From Kiritimatiellia bacterium (GTDB lineage Bacteria > Verrucomicrobiota > Kiritimatiellia > RFP12 > UBA1067): a stretch of 41,787 bases of DNA. Below, piece after piece: positions 1-8,673 of the stretch. Every line of letters begins with the position of its first letter. Within the stretch, counting starts at the first letter, position 1. The notes below the pieces were generated by a model. The model saw only the letters and a program-made list of their open reading frames with translations. It did not search any database and was not told where the DNA came from. Both the position numbers and the translations under genes were made by a program. The DNA lies in the NCBI GenBank assembly GCA_017463935.1, contig JAFUEM010000024.1:1-41787 (forward strand), in the 5' to 3' direction.

Positions 1-795
1 ATGCGCGCGCACGCGGTGCGCGGGGTGTCCGAGATGGCGGCGCGCGGCATCATCGACCGCAGCCGTCTTGACTGGAAGACGCGCTTCCGGCTGGGTCTGC
101 GTCCGACGGCGATCGGCCGCGTGTGGCTGGCGGCGCTCGGCTACTGGCTGGTCACGGGGATTGCCTGCGGCCTCGTCAATCCGTCCCTGCGCGCCGATAC
201 GCTGACGCGCTATGCGCCGATGGCGGATGCGTTTGCGCGCGGCGACTGGTTCGAGGCGTTTCATCCGCGCTTCGGCGTGCTGTTCCAGGCCGTGTCGGGC
301 TCGCTGGCCTTTCTGTTCGGGATCGACGGCGTGCGCGCCGCGTCCGCCGCCGCATTCCTGTTCCTGGCGCTGGCGGCCGTCGCCGTGTGGTGCTGCGCTC
401 GGAGGCTGTGGGACGCGCGGACGGCCTGGTACGCGTTCGCCTTCGTCCTCCTGTCGGAAATCACGTTCCGCTATTCGTTCGACGGGCTGCGCGAGAGCAT
501 CAAGTGCCTTGGGTTTGCGCTCGTCGCGCTTGGCATTGTTGAACGACGGTCGCGCTGGTACGGGCTGGGCCTTTTTGTGCTGATCACGGGCTTTTCCTAC
601 TGCTTCGCCACCGCGAGCGTGCTGGCCTTCGCCTGGTGCGCGGCGTGCGCGGTGCGCGGCGCGTGGCGCCGGCTGCCGGGCGTGATCGGCGGCTGGCTGG
701 CCGGCACGCTCGCGGTGACGGTGATGGTTCACGCCTACACCGGGCACTGGCTGCCGACGCCGCACTTCATCAAATACCTGGGAGGGTTCCTGTGA
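1..795 (+). CDS. Multi-TM membrane protein, GT-C/ArnT-PMT-like N-terminal half; probably truncated at the window edge
   Basis: Many hydrophobic helices. The 'RADTLTRYAPMADAF..HPRFGVLF' loop resembles GT-C first-loop D/HP motifs. The first ~35 aa resemble a GT2 C-terminus, so the ORF may begin upstream. Confidence 0.55.
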   Translation: MRAHAVRGVSEMAARGIIDRSRLDWKTRFRLGLRPTAIGRVWLAALGYWLVTGIACGLVNPSLRADTLTRYAPMADAFARGDWFEAFHPRFGVLFQAVSGSLAFLFGIDGVRAASAAAFLFLALAAVAVWCCARRLWDARTAWYAFAFVLLSEITFRYSFDGLRESIKCLGFALVALGIVERRSRWYGLGLFVLITGFSYCFATASVLAFAWCAACAVRGAWRRLPGVIGGWLAGTLAVTVMVHAYTGHWLPTPHFIKYLGGFL

Positions 796-1490
796 TCGTC
801 CTCGTCTGCCTGGCTGCGCTCGCGCTGGTCTTCCGTCTGGCGACGCACCGTCTCCGGCGCGAGGAGCTGGCCGTGGTCGCGGTTGCGTTCGTCGGCTTCT
901 TGATGGTCTGGGCCCAGATCTGGATCGCCGACGGCAAGCCCTTTCCCGAACGGCGCTACTGGCTGCAGGGCTTCGTCCTGCTGTTCCTGTGGGCCGCGTG
1001 GGGCGCCTGCCGCGTATCCGACGCCCTCGCGCGTCGTCTGCCGCCGGCGCGCTTCTTCGCGCCGACGCTCGTCTTCCTCCTGCTGGCGCTCGACATCGTG
1101 GCCCTGTTCAAGCCGCGGATCCCGGTCGGACGGCATTACGTGCATGCCCAGGCCGGCGCGTGGGCGGCGGCGGCGATCCGCGCGGACTGGAAGGGGCCGG
1201 CCCGGGATGAAAAGGTGGCGTTTTCGATCCGGGACTATCATCCCGCCGCGCGTCCGATCGTCGAGACGCCCGCCCATCTGCGGCGCGTCGTCTACGAGGT
1301 GGGCGGCCGCCACGCCCGGATGGAGGTGTTCGGAGCCTCGGACGCGCCGGACTACGTGCTGGACGAAAATCGCCAGTCGACCACGTTGAAGAAAGGGGGC
1401 TATGAGCTGATGGCGGAGCGCGCTTTCGGCGAGCGTCACTTTTCTCTCTACCGGAGGAAGACCCGTCACCGGAGGACGAAAAAGCCATGA
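792..1490 (+). CDS. Membrane protein, possibly the C-terminal half of a split GT-C-type transferase
   Basis: GTG at 792 overlaps the previous stop (GTGA). Four TM segments, a 'PERRYW' motif, then a soluble domain. Stop overlaps the next ATG. Confidence 0.55.
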   Translation: MIVLVCLAALALVFRLATHRLRREELAVVAVAFVGFLMVWAQIWIADGKPFPERRYWLQGFVLLFLWAAWGACRVSDALARRLPPARFFAPTLVFLLLALDIVALFKPRIPVGRHYVHAQAGAWAAAAIRADWKGPARDEKVAFSIRDYHPAARPIVETPAHLRRVVYEVGGRHARMEVFGASDAPDYVLDENRQSTTLKKGGYELMAERAFGERHFSLYRRKTRHRRTKKP

Positions 1491-2296
1491 TACCTCGGAT
1501 TCTTCATTACATCTGGCTGGGGTCGGACGATCTGCCGCCGTCGGCGCGCGCCTTTGTCGACGGGTGGGCGCGGGCGTGTCCGGGCTGGCGGATCCGCCGC
1601 TGGGGCACGGCCGATCTGGCCGGCGTGGACGTCGGTTTCGTGAAGGAGGCGCTGGCGGCCCGAAAATGGGCGTTCGCGAGCGACTGGCTGCGTCTGCACG
1701 CGCTGGCGCGGGAAGGCGGGTTCTATCTGGACACGGATGTCGAGCTGCGCGGCTCCCTCGAGCCGTTCCGCGACAACGACCTGTGCATGGGCTGGGAGGA
1801 TTCGGGCTATCCGCAGACGGCCCTCATCGGCGCGACGGCCGGCTGCTCCGTCATCCGGGAACTGCTGGAGCTTTATTCGTCGCGCCGCTTCCTCCTGCAG
1901 GACGGCGTCTACAACGAAATCACAAACAACGTGGAGTTCGCCCGGCTGTTCGCGCGTCACGGCGTGGACGTGACGAAACTGCCGCGCGAGACGGAGACGG
2001 AGATCCTGCCGCGCGTCCGCTTCTACCCCGTCTCGCTGTTCAGCCATCCTGTCGGCGATCGCCCCAACGTGGCCACGCATCATGAATCCGGCACGTGGCA
2101 GGAGCCGTACCAGCGCAAGCGCGTGCTGGACCTGCCGCGCGGGCTGCGCGTCATCCGGCTGAAGCGGCGCAAGGCCGCCACGGACGCCTCGCCGCTGAAT
2201 CTGCTGCCGTCCGAGAAACTGATCTGTTCGATCCGCCTGGGCCGCCGCGTGTGGGCGTTTGCGCGCTGCTCTGAAACCCATTCCGATTTAAGCTGA
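1487..2296 (+). CDS. Glycosyltransferase family 32 (DXD sugar-binding, Och1-like)
   Basis: MIPRILHYIWLG, WAFASDWLRL, EGGFYLDTDVE motifs. Confidence 0.9.
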   Translation: MIPRILHYIWLGSDDLPPSARAFVDGWARACPGWRIRRWGTADLAGVDVGFVKEALAARKWAFASDWLRLHALAREGGFYLDTDVELRGSLEPFRDNDLCMGWEDSGYPQTALIGATAGCSVIRELLELYSSRRFLLQDGVYNEITNNVEFARLFARHGVDVTKLPRETETEILPRVRFYPVSLFSHPVGDRPNVATHHESGTWQEPYQRKRVLDLPRGLRVIRLKRRKAATDASPLNLLPSEKLICSIRLGRRVWAFARCSETHSDLS

Positions 2297-3247
2297 ATGC
2301 GTATGGTACCAAAAATCTCTATTATCATACCGGTTTACAATGTGGAGGCGTTCCTTCCCGAGTGCTTGGATTCGGTGCTGGCGCAAACTTTTATTGAGTG
2401 GGAGGCTATATGCGTCGATGACGGTAGCACAGATCGTTCTCGTGAGATTTTGTCCGCCTATGCTATTCGAGATGCCCGCATAACGGTAATTAGACAGACC
2501 AATGCAGGAGTTTCTGCTGCCAGGAACCATGGCATGAAACATGCGAAGGCCGATTTGCTGTGTTTCTTGGATTCGGATGATGTGATCGCGCCATTCTGTC
2601 TTGCCAGATTGTATGAAACTTTAACATCAACCTCTGCAGATATTGTTTGTGGCGGAGTCTTGTATGGCGAAGAATTGCCTGCTTGGCGAATGGTCGATAA
2701 GCCTGATCTCAAATTCTTCTCGGGTATGCATTGTGTACATAAGGCTGCTGCTTTTGATGGTAGCTATGCGGGCTTGTGGGGCAAGCTGTTTCGCCGAGAG
2801 ATTGTTGATGGACTCTGCTTCCCCGAAGAACTTGGAACATCAGAAGACAGAATATTCCTTTGCAAAGCATTCTTCCGCGCGAAAAGGGTCGTTGCTGTCG
2901 AAGAAACGGTTTACTTTTACCGTCAACGAAAGGGGTCGATAGTTCACAGCGGACTTTCAGAAACCCGTATTCGAGATTTATGTCTAGCCGAAGAGGTCTT
3001 GTTCAATTGGGCCAAAGGTGCAAAGCTCCCGAACGAGACCAGAAAATTCGTAAACAAGTCGTGCGCGAAGTTTATTTTTAAAAACGGTTTTAAGTTGCCT
3101 CGTAGGGCAGATAGAAAAAATTTATCCAGATGGTATTCCATTACACGTCCGATTTTGGCGGAGTTAAAGAAGCGCGGTGTGTTTCAGACAAAGTATTTGC
3201 CGCTCCGCAGCCAGATTAAGGCATGGATATTCTTGCATGGCGATTGA
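2297..3247 (+). CDS. Glycosyltransferase family 2
   Basis: ISIIIPVYNVE, CVDDGSTD, NAGVSAARN, FLDSDD, SED. Lower GC than the flanks. Confidence 0.92.
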   Translation: MRMVPKISIIIPVYNVEAFLPECLDSVLAQTFIEWEAICVDDGSTDRSREILSAYAIRDARITVIRQTNAGVSAARNHGMKHAKADLLCFLDSDDVIAPFCLARLYETLTSTSADIVCGGVLYGEELPAWRMVDKPDLKFFSGMHCVHKAAAFDGSYAGLWGKLFRREIVDGLCFPEELGTSEDRIFLCKAFFRAKRVVAVEETVYFYRQRKGSIVHSGLSETRIRDLCLAEEVLFNWAKGAKLPNETRKFVNKSCAKFIFKNGFKLPRRADRKNLSRWYSITRPILAELKKRGVFQTKYLPLRSQIKAWIFLHGD

Positions 3248-3258
3248 TTCCCGAAATT

Positions 3259-3267
3259 TGATATAAT
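3259..3267 (+). promoter_or_regulatory. Extended -10 promoter (TGaTATAAT) of the GT8 gene
   Basis: TG-a-TATAAT in the intergenic gap, followed by an AGGAG RBS and ATG at 3287. Confidence 0.6.
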
Positions 3268-3286
3268 GACCACATAGGAGAATTAT

Positions 3287-4297
3287 ATGGATTGCAAAAG
3301 CGTTAAACCCGCATTCGAGAAGGACAATATCGCTATCGCATTTGCGGTGGACCAGAATTATTTGCCTTATCTCAAATACGTGGTTAAGTCGATTGTCGCA
3401 AACCTCAAGCGCGGCAATCTCGACATACTTGTTCTGCATGGCGGTAAGCTGGACGGCGGAGAGTTGCTGGCGTATTTCAGCAACTTCCAGAATGTGTCCG
3501 TAAGATTCGTAGATGCTAGTGCGTACTTCAATGCCGTCATCGCACCGTATTTTGTGCAACGCGAGTATTTAACTATTGCGTCCGTCTACAGACTCATGAT
3601 TCCCGATTTGCTGCCGGCCTATGACAAGATGTTGTGGCTTGATGCCGACATTGTGGTTACGGGCGATATAAGTGAACTTTACGGCGAGGATCTGGCAGAC
3701 TTCTGGCTTGGCGCGGTGAAGGGCTTCGGATTGGGCGACCATCCGCGCAAGACACATGAAATCAAACGTTACAAGACACTGCTCCAATGGGCAAAGAAGT
3801 ACAACTTCAATCCATGGCAGAAATACATCAATTCAGGCGTGCTACTGATGAACCTTGCGGCGCTGCGGGCTGCCGATGTCGAAAAACGGCTTGTCAATAT
3901 AGCCATTGATCCATTGTCGCAGTGGCCAGACCAGGACGCTTTGAATGTCGTATGCCGTGGGCATATCAAGTATTTGGATGAACGATGGAACTTCCAAGTG
4001 TTCACACATCCTGTGCGCGAACTGCCAGGCCCGGGGATCGTGCACTACATAGGCAAAATCAAGCCGTGGTGCTCGCCACGGGTGCAACATGCCGATCTGT
4101 GGTGGAACTATTTCTATTCGGACGGTCAAAACGCGGAATCGATGAAGCGCATTCTAAAGGTTGTTTCAGATTCGTACGAGGAGAGGCTTGTGGAACTCAA
4201 CGCCAAGTGCCGAAAGATAAAGCGCTCGGTCTCGTATAAGCTAGGAAGGGCTCTAACCAAGCCTTTCAGGGCCATTACCGGTGCCAAAGACCTCTAA
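3287..4297 (+). CDS. Glycosyltransferase family 8 with C-terminal coiled-coil/amphipathic tail
   Basis: FAVDQNY, YRLMIPDLL, WLDADIV, YINSGVLLMN, DQDALN, HYIGKIKPW. Ends RSVSYKLGRALTKPFR. Confidence 0.92.
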   Translation: MDCKSVKPAFEKDNIAIAFAVDQNYLPYLKYVVKSIVANLKRGNLDILVLHGGKLDGGELLAYFSNFQNVSVRFVDASAYFNAVIAPYFVQREYLTIASVYRLMIPDLLPAYDKMLWLDADIVVTGDISELYGEDLADFWLGAVKGFGLGDHPRKTHEIKRYKTLLQWAKKYNFNPWQKYINSGVLLMNLAALRAADVEKRLVNIAIDPLSQWPDQDALNVVCRGHIKYLDERWNFQVFTHPVRELPGPGIVHYIGKIKPWCSPRVQHADLWWNYFYSDGQNAESMKRILKVVSDSYEERLVELNAKCRKIKRSVSYKLGRALTKPFRAITGAKDL

Positions 4298-4346
4298 CGA
4301 CTATCCCGCCCTGCGTCGAACGGATGAACGGGAAGGGAGGAACGAA

Positions 4347-4556
4347 ATGAAACCTTTCATTGAATCGCAGAGCGACGAGATCGCGGCGAACTTTCTCGCG
4401 CTCAAGGCGCGCGACCGGTACGCGATCGACATGGCCGCGTCGGTCAACATCGGCGACAAGCCGCGCGACCTGGAGGCGGGCGAGCGCGCCGGTGTCGGCA
4501 CGAACATTCTCTTCACGGGCGGCGGTCCGGCCGCGGGAGAAGGGGGCCAGTCATGA
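4347..4556 (+). pseudogene. Chimeric gene stub: nucleotidyltransferase (MNT)-like head plus GmhB/HAD phosphatase C-terminus
   Basis: GGAGG RBS, then MKPFIESQSDEIAA followed by YAIDMAASVNIGDKPRDLEAGERAGVGTNILF (HAD motif IV GDxxxD only). Stop overlaps the next ATG. Confidence 0.6.
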
Positions 4557-5944
4557 GCGCGGCAACGAAAAAGCATTCGCTGACGCCGGGCCGGTTCCGC
4601 GTGCTGGCGCTGATGGCGGTCGATCTGCTGTGCCTGCTGGTCGTCTGGTATCTGCTCGTCAACCTCTACCGGGCGTTCGGCTTCGGGCAGTACCACACGC
4701 GCGACTACTGGCATCTCTGGCCCATCGCGTTCATGTATCTGAGCGTGAATGTCGCCACCCGGCTGTACCACGGCAACATCCTCTACCCGGCCATGCCGCT
4801 GTCGCCGGTCGAGGAGTTCCGGCGTCTCTTCGCCTCCTCGCTCTTCGCGCATCTGCTCCTGCTGGCGATGCTGGGGTTTCTGCGGACGAATCTGGAGTAT
4901 TCGCGCTTCATCATCGTGGCGGCGGGCGTGATTGTCGGCCTGCTGGCCCAGCTGTCGCGCAATCTGCTGCGGAGCGCCCTGTTCAGGCTGCGGATCTGCC
5001 AGATCCCGGTGGCGCTCGCCGGCGGCGGCAAGACGGCCCAGCGGGTCGAGGCCATCCTGCGGAACAACGCCTACGTCGGGTTCGACGTGGTGCTGCGGTT
5101 CGACGACGCGCATCTGCGCGACATCGTCGGCGAGTCGCGCCGGCATGACGTGAAGATCCTGCTGGCCTGCCAGGACGAGCGCTTCTTCCGCGCGCAGCTC
5201 CGGGAGTTCACCGAATGGTTCAGCTACATGGAATATCTGCCGCGTGCGGAAGTGTTCCCCGTCTTCGGCGCGCATGCGGTGCTGATCGACGGCATCGGCG
5301 GCCTGGAGATGATGAACCAGCGGCGCATGAAGGCGCTCCGGTGGGAGAAGAACGTCCTCGACTTTCTGCTGGCGCTGGCCGGGGTCTGCCTGACGCTGCC
5401 GTTCTTCGCGGTCATTCCGGTCCTGATCAAGCTGACGAGCCCGGGGCCGGTCCTCTATCGCGCCCGGCGGCTGGGCAAGAGCGGGCGGGAGTTTGACTGC
5501 CTGAAATTCCGCTCGATGTACGCAGACGCCGACCGGCGGCTCGAGGAGGTGCTCGCGCGCGACCCGGCGCGGGCGGCCGAGTTCGCGGCGAACTTCAAGC
5601 TGAAGGACGATCCGCGCGTGACGCGCTTCGGCCGGTTCCTGCGCAAGACGTCGCTGGACGAGCTGCCGCAGCTGTTCAACGTGATGCGCGGCGAGATGGC
5701 GTTCATCGGGCCGCGCCCCATCGTCGCGAAGGAGATTCCGTTCTACGGCAGCGACTACGAGGTTCTCCGGACGGTGCGGCCGGGCATCACGGGGCTGTGG
5801 CAGTGCTCGGGGCGCTCCGACGTCGGGTACGAGCGGCGGGTCGCGCTGGACACCTACTACATCCTGAACTGGTCGCCGTGGATGGACATCTGGATCTTCA
5901 TCAAGACGATCGGCGCGGTTCTGTCCATGCGCGGGGCGGTGTAG
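4553..5944 (+). CDS. Initiating undecaprenyl-phosphate sugar-1-phosphate transferase (WbaP/WcaJ family)
   Basis: N-terminal TMs plus Bac_transf domain: KFRSM, DDPRVTRFGRFLRKTSLDELPQL, GPRP, PGITGLWQ. Confidence 0.93.
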   Translation: MSAATKKHSLTPGRFRVLALMAVDLLCLLVVWYLLVNLYRAFGFGQYHTRDYWHLWPIAFMYLSVNVATRLYHGNILYPAMPLSPVEEFRRLFASSLFAHLLLLAMLGFLRTNLEYSRFIIVAAGVIVGLLAQLSRNLLRSALFRLRICQIPVALAGGGKTAQRVEAILRNNAYVGFDVVLRFDDAHLRDIVGESRRHDVKILLACQDERFFRAQLREFTEWFSYMEYLPRAEVFPVFGAHAVLIDGIGGLEMMNQRRMKALRWEKNVLDFLLALAGVCLTLPFFAVIPVLIKLTSPGPVLYRARRLGKSGREFDCLKFRSMYADADRRLEEVLARDPARAAEFAANFKLKDDPRVTRFGRFLRKTSLDELPQLFNVMRGEMAFIGPRPIVAKEIPFYGSDYEVLRTVRPGITGLWQCSGRSDVGYERRVALDTYYILNWSPWMDIWIFIKTIGAVLSMRGAV

Positions 5945-5970
5945 GGAAGCAACACGGGACGGGCATTATT

Positions 5971-5979
5971 TGATATACT
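5971..5979 (+). promoter_or_regulatory. Extended -10 (TGaTATACT), likely leaderless promoter of wzm
   Basis: TATACT at 5974-5979, 7 nt before GTG 5987, no SD sequence. Confidence 0.55.
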
Positions 5980-5986
5980 ATCTCGT

Positions 5987-6754
5987 GTGATTGATCAATT
6001 GAAAAAATATCAGTTCCTGTTCGAGGAGCTCGTCAAGCGCGACTTCAAGAAGAAGTACAAGCGCACGGTGCTCGGCATGGGGTGGAGCATCCTGTCGCCG
6101 CTGCTGGTGCTGCTGGTGATGAAAATCATCTTCACCCAGTTTTTCGGCCGGACGATGACGCATTACACGACCTATCTCTTCTGCGGACTCCTGACCTTCA
6201 ACTGGTTTTCGGAGTCCACCAACCTCGGCATGCGCTGCCTGTATGCGAATGCCGCCGTCTTCACGAAGATCAACGTGCCGAAGTACCTCTTCCTGCTGGC
6301 GAGCAACGTGCAGACGCTGATCAACTTCGCGCTGACGCTTCTGGTGTTCTTCCTCTTCTGCGCGATCGACCGTATCGCCTTTACCTGGCGGTTCGTCCTG
6401 CTGATCTATCCCATCTTGACGCTGCTCGTGTTCAATATCGGCATGGGGCTCGTGCTGTCGGCGCTCTTCATGTTCTTCCGCGACGTCGACTATCTCTGGC
6501 GCGTCTTTCTCCGGCTCCTGATGTACGGCTCGGCCATCTTCTACACGATCGACCAGTTTTCCGCGCGGCTGAAGCTGGCGTTCGCCTGCAATCCCGTTTA
6601 TCGCCACATCGCCTACTTCCGCGAGGTCGTGATCGACGGTACCGTGCCGTCGCTTCCGGCGCATCTCGTGCTCGCGGGATTTGCGCTGGCGGCCTTCGCC
6701 GTTGGTGCGTTCATGTACAAGCATTACAACACGAAGTTCCTGTATTATGTCTAA
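5987..6754 (+). CDS. wzm: ABC-2 polysaccharide exporter permease
   Basis: ELVKRDFKKKYKRTVLGMGWSILSPLL, six TMs, FRDVDYL, NPV motif. Confidence 0.92.
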   Translation: MIDQLKKYQFLFEELVKRDFKKKYKRTVLGMGWSILSPLLVLLVMKIIFTQFFGRTMTHYTTYLFCGLLTFNWFSESTNLGMRCLYANAAVFTKINVPKYLFLLASNVQTLINFALTLLVFFLFCAIDRIAFTWRFVLLIYPILTLLVFNIGMGLVLSALFMFFRDVDYLWRVFLRLLMYGSAIFYTIDQFSARLKLAFACNPVYRHIAYFREVVIDGTVPSLPAHLVLAGFALAAFAVGAFMYKHYNTKFLYYV

Positions 6755-7709
6755 ACCGAAGGTGATGCTCGCGTGCCAGGACGTCTCCATTCGCTACATG
6801 GTTGGGGACTTCAAGGCGATCGGCCTCAAGGAATGGGTGATGCGCCGCCTGACCGGCAACTACAAGGTCGTCGACTTCTGGGCCGACCGCCATGTCAGCT
6901 TCAAGCTCCGGCAGGGCGACATGCTCGGCATCATCGGCACGAACGGCGCAGGGAAGTCGACGCTTCTGAAGGCCATCTCCGGCATCATGGAGCCGACGAA
7001 GGGGCGCATCGTCCGGCGCGGGAATGTGTCGGCGCTGCTGGAGCTCGCCAGCGGCTTCGACGGCGACCTGACGGTGAAGGAGAACGCCTACCTGCGCGGC
7101 GCGATGCTCGGCTACACGCGCGCGTTCATGGACGAGACCTATCCTTACATCATCGATTTTTCGGAGCTGAAGGCGTTCGAAGACAGCCCGTTCAAGCAGC
7201 TGTCGTCGGGCATGAAGTCGCGCCTCGCCTTTGCCATCGCCTCGCTCGTCAAGCCCGAAATCCTGATTCTCGACGAGGTGCTGTCCGTCGGAGACGGCGC
7301 GTTCAAGGCGAAGAGCGAGGCGAAGATGCGCGAGATCATCACGGGCGGCGCGACGACCATTCTCGTCTCGCATTCCATCGCGCAGGTGCGCAAGATGTGC
7401 AACAAGATCCTCTGGCTCGACAAGGGGCGGCAGATTGCGTTCACGGACGACGTGGAAGGCGCCTGCGACTGCTATGAAGCGTTCCTGCGCGCGCCGGCCG
7501 GAACGGAGCCGAAATTCGATCCTGACAAGATCGCGGCGAAGCGCGCGGCGGCGAAGGCCGAGGCGGAACGGCAGGCCGCGGAGCGCCGCCGCCAGGAAGA
7601 AGAGCGCCGCCGCAAGGCGGCCGAAGCCGCTACGGAACTCGCGCGTCTGCGCGCCGAAGCCGCGAAACTCGAAAAGGTCCGCCGCATCCTGAAAGGAAGC
7701 GGGAAGTAA
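6747..7709 (+). CDS. wzt: ABC polysaccharide exporter ATP-binding protein with charged helical C-tail
   Basis: Walker A GTNGAGKST, signature LSSGMKSRL, Walker B ILILDE, VSH. ATG 6747 overlaps the wzm end. Confidence 0.93.
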   Translation: MSKPKVMLACQDVSIRYMVGDFKAIGLKEWVMRRLTGNYKVVDFWADRHVSFKLRQGDMLGIIGTNGAGKSTLLKAISGIMEPTKGRIVRRGNVSALLELASGFDGDLTVKENAYLRGAMLGYTRAFMDETYPYIIDFSELKAFEDSPFKQLSSGMKSRLAFAIASLVKPEILILDEVLSVGDGAFKAKSEAKMREIITGGATTILVSHSIAQVRKMCNKILWLDKGRQIAFTDDVEGACDCYEAFLRAPAGTEPKFDPDKIAAKRAAAKAEAERQAAERRRQEEERRRKAAEAATELARLRAEAAKLEKVRRILKGSGK

Positions 7710-7839
7710 TGAAGATTCCGAAGACAGAATCGAAGACTGTCGAGTTCAAAACCGCGTTCAGGCAGGAGGCGATTGCGTCTCAGGCGGCCTTTCTCAAATC
7801 GAAACACTCAAGACAAAAGAAAAGGAGCGGCAGCAATGA
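7709..7839 (+). pseudogene. Gene stub: AlbA_2/Schlafen-like DNA-binding protein head plus unrelated gene tail
   Basis: TAATG-coupled MKIPKTESKTVEFKTAFRQEAI (ExxxVEFK motif). A different frame ends ...ETLKTKEKERQQ* with an ATGA overlap onto the next gene. Confidence 0.5.
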
Positions 7840-8591
7840 TAACAGTCGGAATCATCGGATGCGGATTTGTCGGCGGCGCGCTGAAGGCGTGGCTGGAGGA
7901 GAACAACAAGGACGTCAAGATCGTCGTCAGCGATCCGCCCAAGGGCATGAATGACGACATTTCGGGCGCGGATGTCTACTTCCTCCAGATCCACGTGCCG
8001 ACGGAAGATGACGGCACGCAGGACCTGACGCTCATGAAGCAGCTCATCACGGCGCTGCCCGACAAGCCCGTCTTCGTGCGCACGACGATCCTGCCGGGGA
8101 CGAGCGAGATGCTGTCGAAGGAGACGGGCCACCGCGTCTACTACATGCCGGAGTTCCTGACCGAGCGCACGTACATCGAGGACTTCAAGCGCCAGCCGAT
8201 GGTGTTCACGGGCGAGGTGGAGCTCCTCTCGAAGATCTTCAAGGGCAAGACGTTCACGACGATGAGCCCGCTCGAGGCGGAGATCACCAAGTATTCGCAC
8301 AACGTCTTCGGCGCGTACAAGGTGACGTACTTCAACGCCGTCTACGACTACTGCAAAAGGATGGGGGCGGACTGGGCGCGCGTACACGCGGGGATGCTCC
8401 TGTCGGGCTACATCAACGACACCCACACCTATGTGCCGGGTCCCGACGGCCGCTTCGGCTACGGCGGCAAGTGCTTCCCGAAGGACGTCAACGCCTTTAC
8501 GATCCTGACGCAGGGCACGCCCCTCGGCACGCTTCTGACGCCGCTTCATGCGCTGAATGTCCACTTCAGGGGGCATGAGGAGCGGATCTGA
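7836..8591 (+). CDS. Short UDP-glucose/GDP-mannose dehydrogenase family protein
   Basis: GIIGCGFVG Rossmann motif, VPT, PEFL, AEITKY, catalytic GYGGKCFPKD. No C-terminal UDP-binding domain. AAGGAG RBS. Confidence 0.85.
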   Translation: MITVGIIGCGFVGGALKAWLEENNKDVKIVVSDPPKGMNDDISGADVYFLQIHVPTEDDGTQDLTLMKQLITALPDKPVFVRTTILPGTSEMLSKETGHRVYYMPEFLTERTYIEDFKRQPMVFTGEVELLSKIFKGKTFTTMSPLEAEITKYSHNVFGAYKVTYFNAVYDYCKRMGADWARVHAGMLLSGYINDTHTYVPGPDGRFGYGGKCFPKDVNAFTILTQGTPLGTLLTPLHALNVHFRGHEERI

Positions 8592-8592
8592 T

Positions 8593-8640
8593 GCCGTTGG
8601 CAAGGTGTTGCGGCTTTTCGGCGCGAAGTGCAGGTGGTGA
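8593..8640 (+). repeat. Orphan copy of the glycosyltransferase 3'-tail repeat (AVGKVLRLFGAKCRW*)
   Basis: 44/48 nt identical to 28381-28428. Confidence 0.9.
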
Positions 8641-8666
8641 CGGCACATTCTGAAATATGCTATAAT
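8637..8666 (+). promoter_or_regulatory. Sigma70-type promoter with extended -10 (TGCTATAAT), leaderless, of AAA gene 1
   Basis: TATAAT at 8661-8666, 7 nt before ATG 8674. 8638-8666 is 25/29 identical to 28566-28594. Confidence 0.75.
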
Positions 8667-8673
8667 ATGCGGT

